Shown: positions 62,801-64,000 of the stretch, piece by piece
How positions within the stretch are numbered: position 1 is the first letter of the stretch
How the letters are laid out: each line of letters opens with the position of its first letter
Assembly (NCBI GenBank): GCA_051867925.1
Contig: JBJDZI010000030.1
Coordinates: 1,158 to 65,157, forward strand
Length of the DNA: 64,000 bases
Source of the DNA: Eubacteriales bacterium
GTDB taxonomy: Bacteria > Bacillota > Clostridia > Oscillospirales > CAG-272
Direction: 5' to 3'
Made by a program: the position numbers and the translations under genes
Notes under the pieces: generated by a model
Database searches by the model: none
Told to the model about the DNA's origin: nothing
The model's input: only the letters and a program-made list of their open reading frames with translations

Positions 62801-63876
62801 TTACAAAGTCCCTCCAGAATATCCGCCACGATCCGCTTCATCTCAGGGGTCTTTTCTTCTATCTCGGCAACCAGTTTCAGTTGAGTGCGACAGCGATCCA
62901 GGTTCTGTCCGGGGCGGGAGGTCTTGAAATAGGTGTCTCCCGACAGGTAATCGGTGAGAAAGCGCATTCCGCATTCCATGGTGATCAGTTTCACCGAGAA
63001 TGGCAACAGAGCCGCTTCCGATGCGGTGAGACGGTCGCCCAGTTCTTCCAAAAATCCCTTGGTGAAGGTTTCAAAGAGTGTCAGATCAAAGTGTACCAGC
63101 GAAAGATCACGCTCATCCTCTGCGGCGGTAGAAGCGCCGAAGCGCAGGGCGTCGCCGTAATCGTAAAGCAGAGATCCGGGCATGACCGTGTCCAGATCAA
63201 TGACGCAGACCGCAGTGCCCGTCTTCTCGTCCATCATTACGTTGTTGAGTTTGGTATCGTTATGGGTGACTCTCAGCGGAATCTTCCCTTCTGCGATGGC
63301 GGTTACGATCACGTCTGTATCTGCCTCGCGGGCGAAGCAGAAGTCAATCTCCTCACGCGCCACGGCGGCACGGGCGAAAGTATCCGCATTTACTGCGGCG
63401 CGTAAAGCCTCAAATCTGGAGCGGGTATTGTGGAAATCGGGAATGGTCTCTTTCAGCCGATCCGCAGGAAATCCCGAGAGCATTTTCTGAAATCTTCCGA
63501 ATCCCTTTGCCGCCTGATAGAGCAGTTCCGGGGTTGCGCTGTCGTAGGAAACGGCGCCTTGAATGGTCTTATAGACTCTGTAACACTCTCCATCGTCGGT
63601 ACGGACGAGCCAGGAGCCGTCCTTGGCGGGGATGAGGGTCAGCGTCTCTCGCTCCGGATCGCCTCCGTTTGCGGACAGCCAGTTCTTCAGATAGCCCGTG
63701 ATCAAGACCACGTTGTTGGTCAGCCCCATCGGGTCGTTGAACACCGATGTGTTGATCCGCTGGAGGATGTACGCCCGATCCGCGGTAATGTATGTATCGT
63801 TGATGTGACCGTTGCCGAAGGGAATCAGTTCGGAGTCAATGCCGAACCGTCTGAGGATTTCGCGTTTATCGTTCAT
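62797..63876 (-). CDS. nahK: N-acetylhexosamine 1-kinase-like phosphotransferase (APH fold)
   Basis: GNGHINDTY, YILQRIN, ETIPDFH, LRVTHNDTKLNN, IDLDTVMPG, ECGMRFL closely recall bifidobacterial NahK; start may be 63885. Confidence 0.75.
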   Translation of the reverse strand: MNDKREILRRFGIDSELIPFGNGHINDTYITADRAYILQRINTSVFNDPMGLTNNVVLITGYLKNWLSANGGDPERETLTLIPAKDGSWLVRTDDGECYRVYKTIQGAVSYDSATPELLYQAAKGFGRFQKMLSGFPADRLKETIPDFHNTRSRFEALRAAVNADTFARAAVAREEIDFCFAREADTDVIVTAIAEGKIPLRVTHNDTKLNNVMMDEKTGTAVCVIDLDTVMPGSLLYDYGDALRFGASTAAEDERDLSLVHFDLTLFETFTKGFLEELGDRLTASEAALLPFSVKLITMECGMRFLTDYLSGDTYFKTSRPGQNLDRCRTQLKLVAEIEEKTPEMKRIVADILEGLCK

Positions 63877-64000
63877 TTGAATCATGATCCTTTCATGGGA
63901 AAGTATTTCAGTATTTCTATTATAACTGCTGTTTGCGGATTTGTCAAATACTTTCAACAATTTTTTAGAATATTGTTGACTTTATTTGCACGATGTGTTA

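Overview
Chromosomal core and accessory region of a fairly GC-rich Clostridia (Oscillospirales-like) bacterium; the taxonomy is inferred from gene order and protein style. Housekeeping blocks: ychF with a split two-component pair, rpoB-rpoC divergent from rpsT, the miaA...yggS-sepF-yggT-ylmH-divIVA-ileS-lspA-rluD-tatD-radical SAM run, a complete his operon headed by a YerC/HisR regulator with its operator, and nrdD-nrdG-dut with four NrdR boxes. Carbohydrate genes: GH2, GH18, GH43, a multidomain GH5-like lipoprotein, an orphan sugar-binding lipoprotein and a NahK-like kinase. I found no tRNA, rRNA, CRISPR array, prophage or transposase. The most unusual signals are non-coding or broken genes. 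(1) A MITE-like family with CAG..TGTCGA terminal inverted repeats sits between ~26-bp duplications of whole hairpins (two clean copies). (2) A modular REP-like three-hairpin repeat lies a few nt after stop codons, always co-oriented with the upstream gene and showing compensatory changes (five copies). (3) A second MITE with an 11-bp target duplication lies upstream of divIVA. (4) An AT-rich lipoprotein pseudogene is inserted in the yggS-sepF cluster and broken by 19-bp and 10-bp tandem duplications. (5) A TetM-like GTPase has lost switch I by a frameshifting deletion. (6) A candidate leader-peptide attenuator and several candidate structured RNAs. All calls were made by eye; no searches were run.
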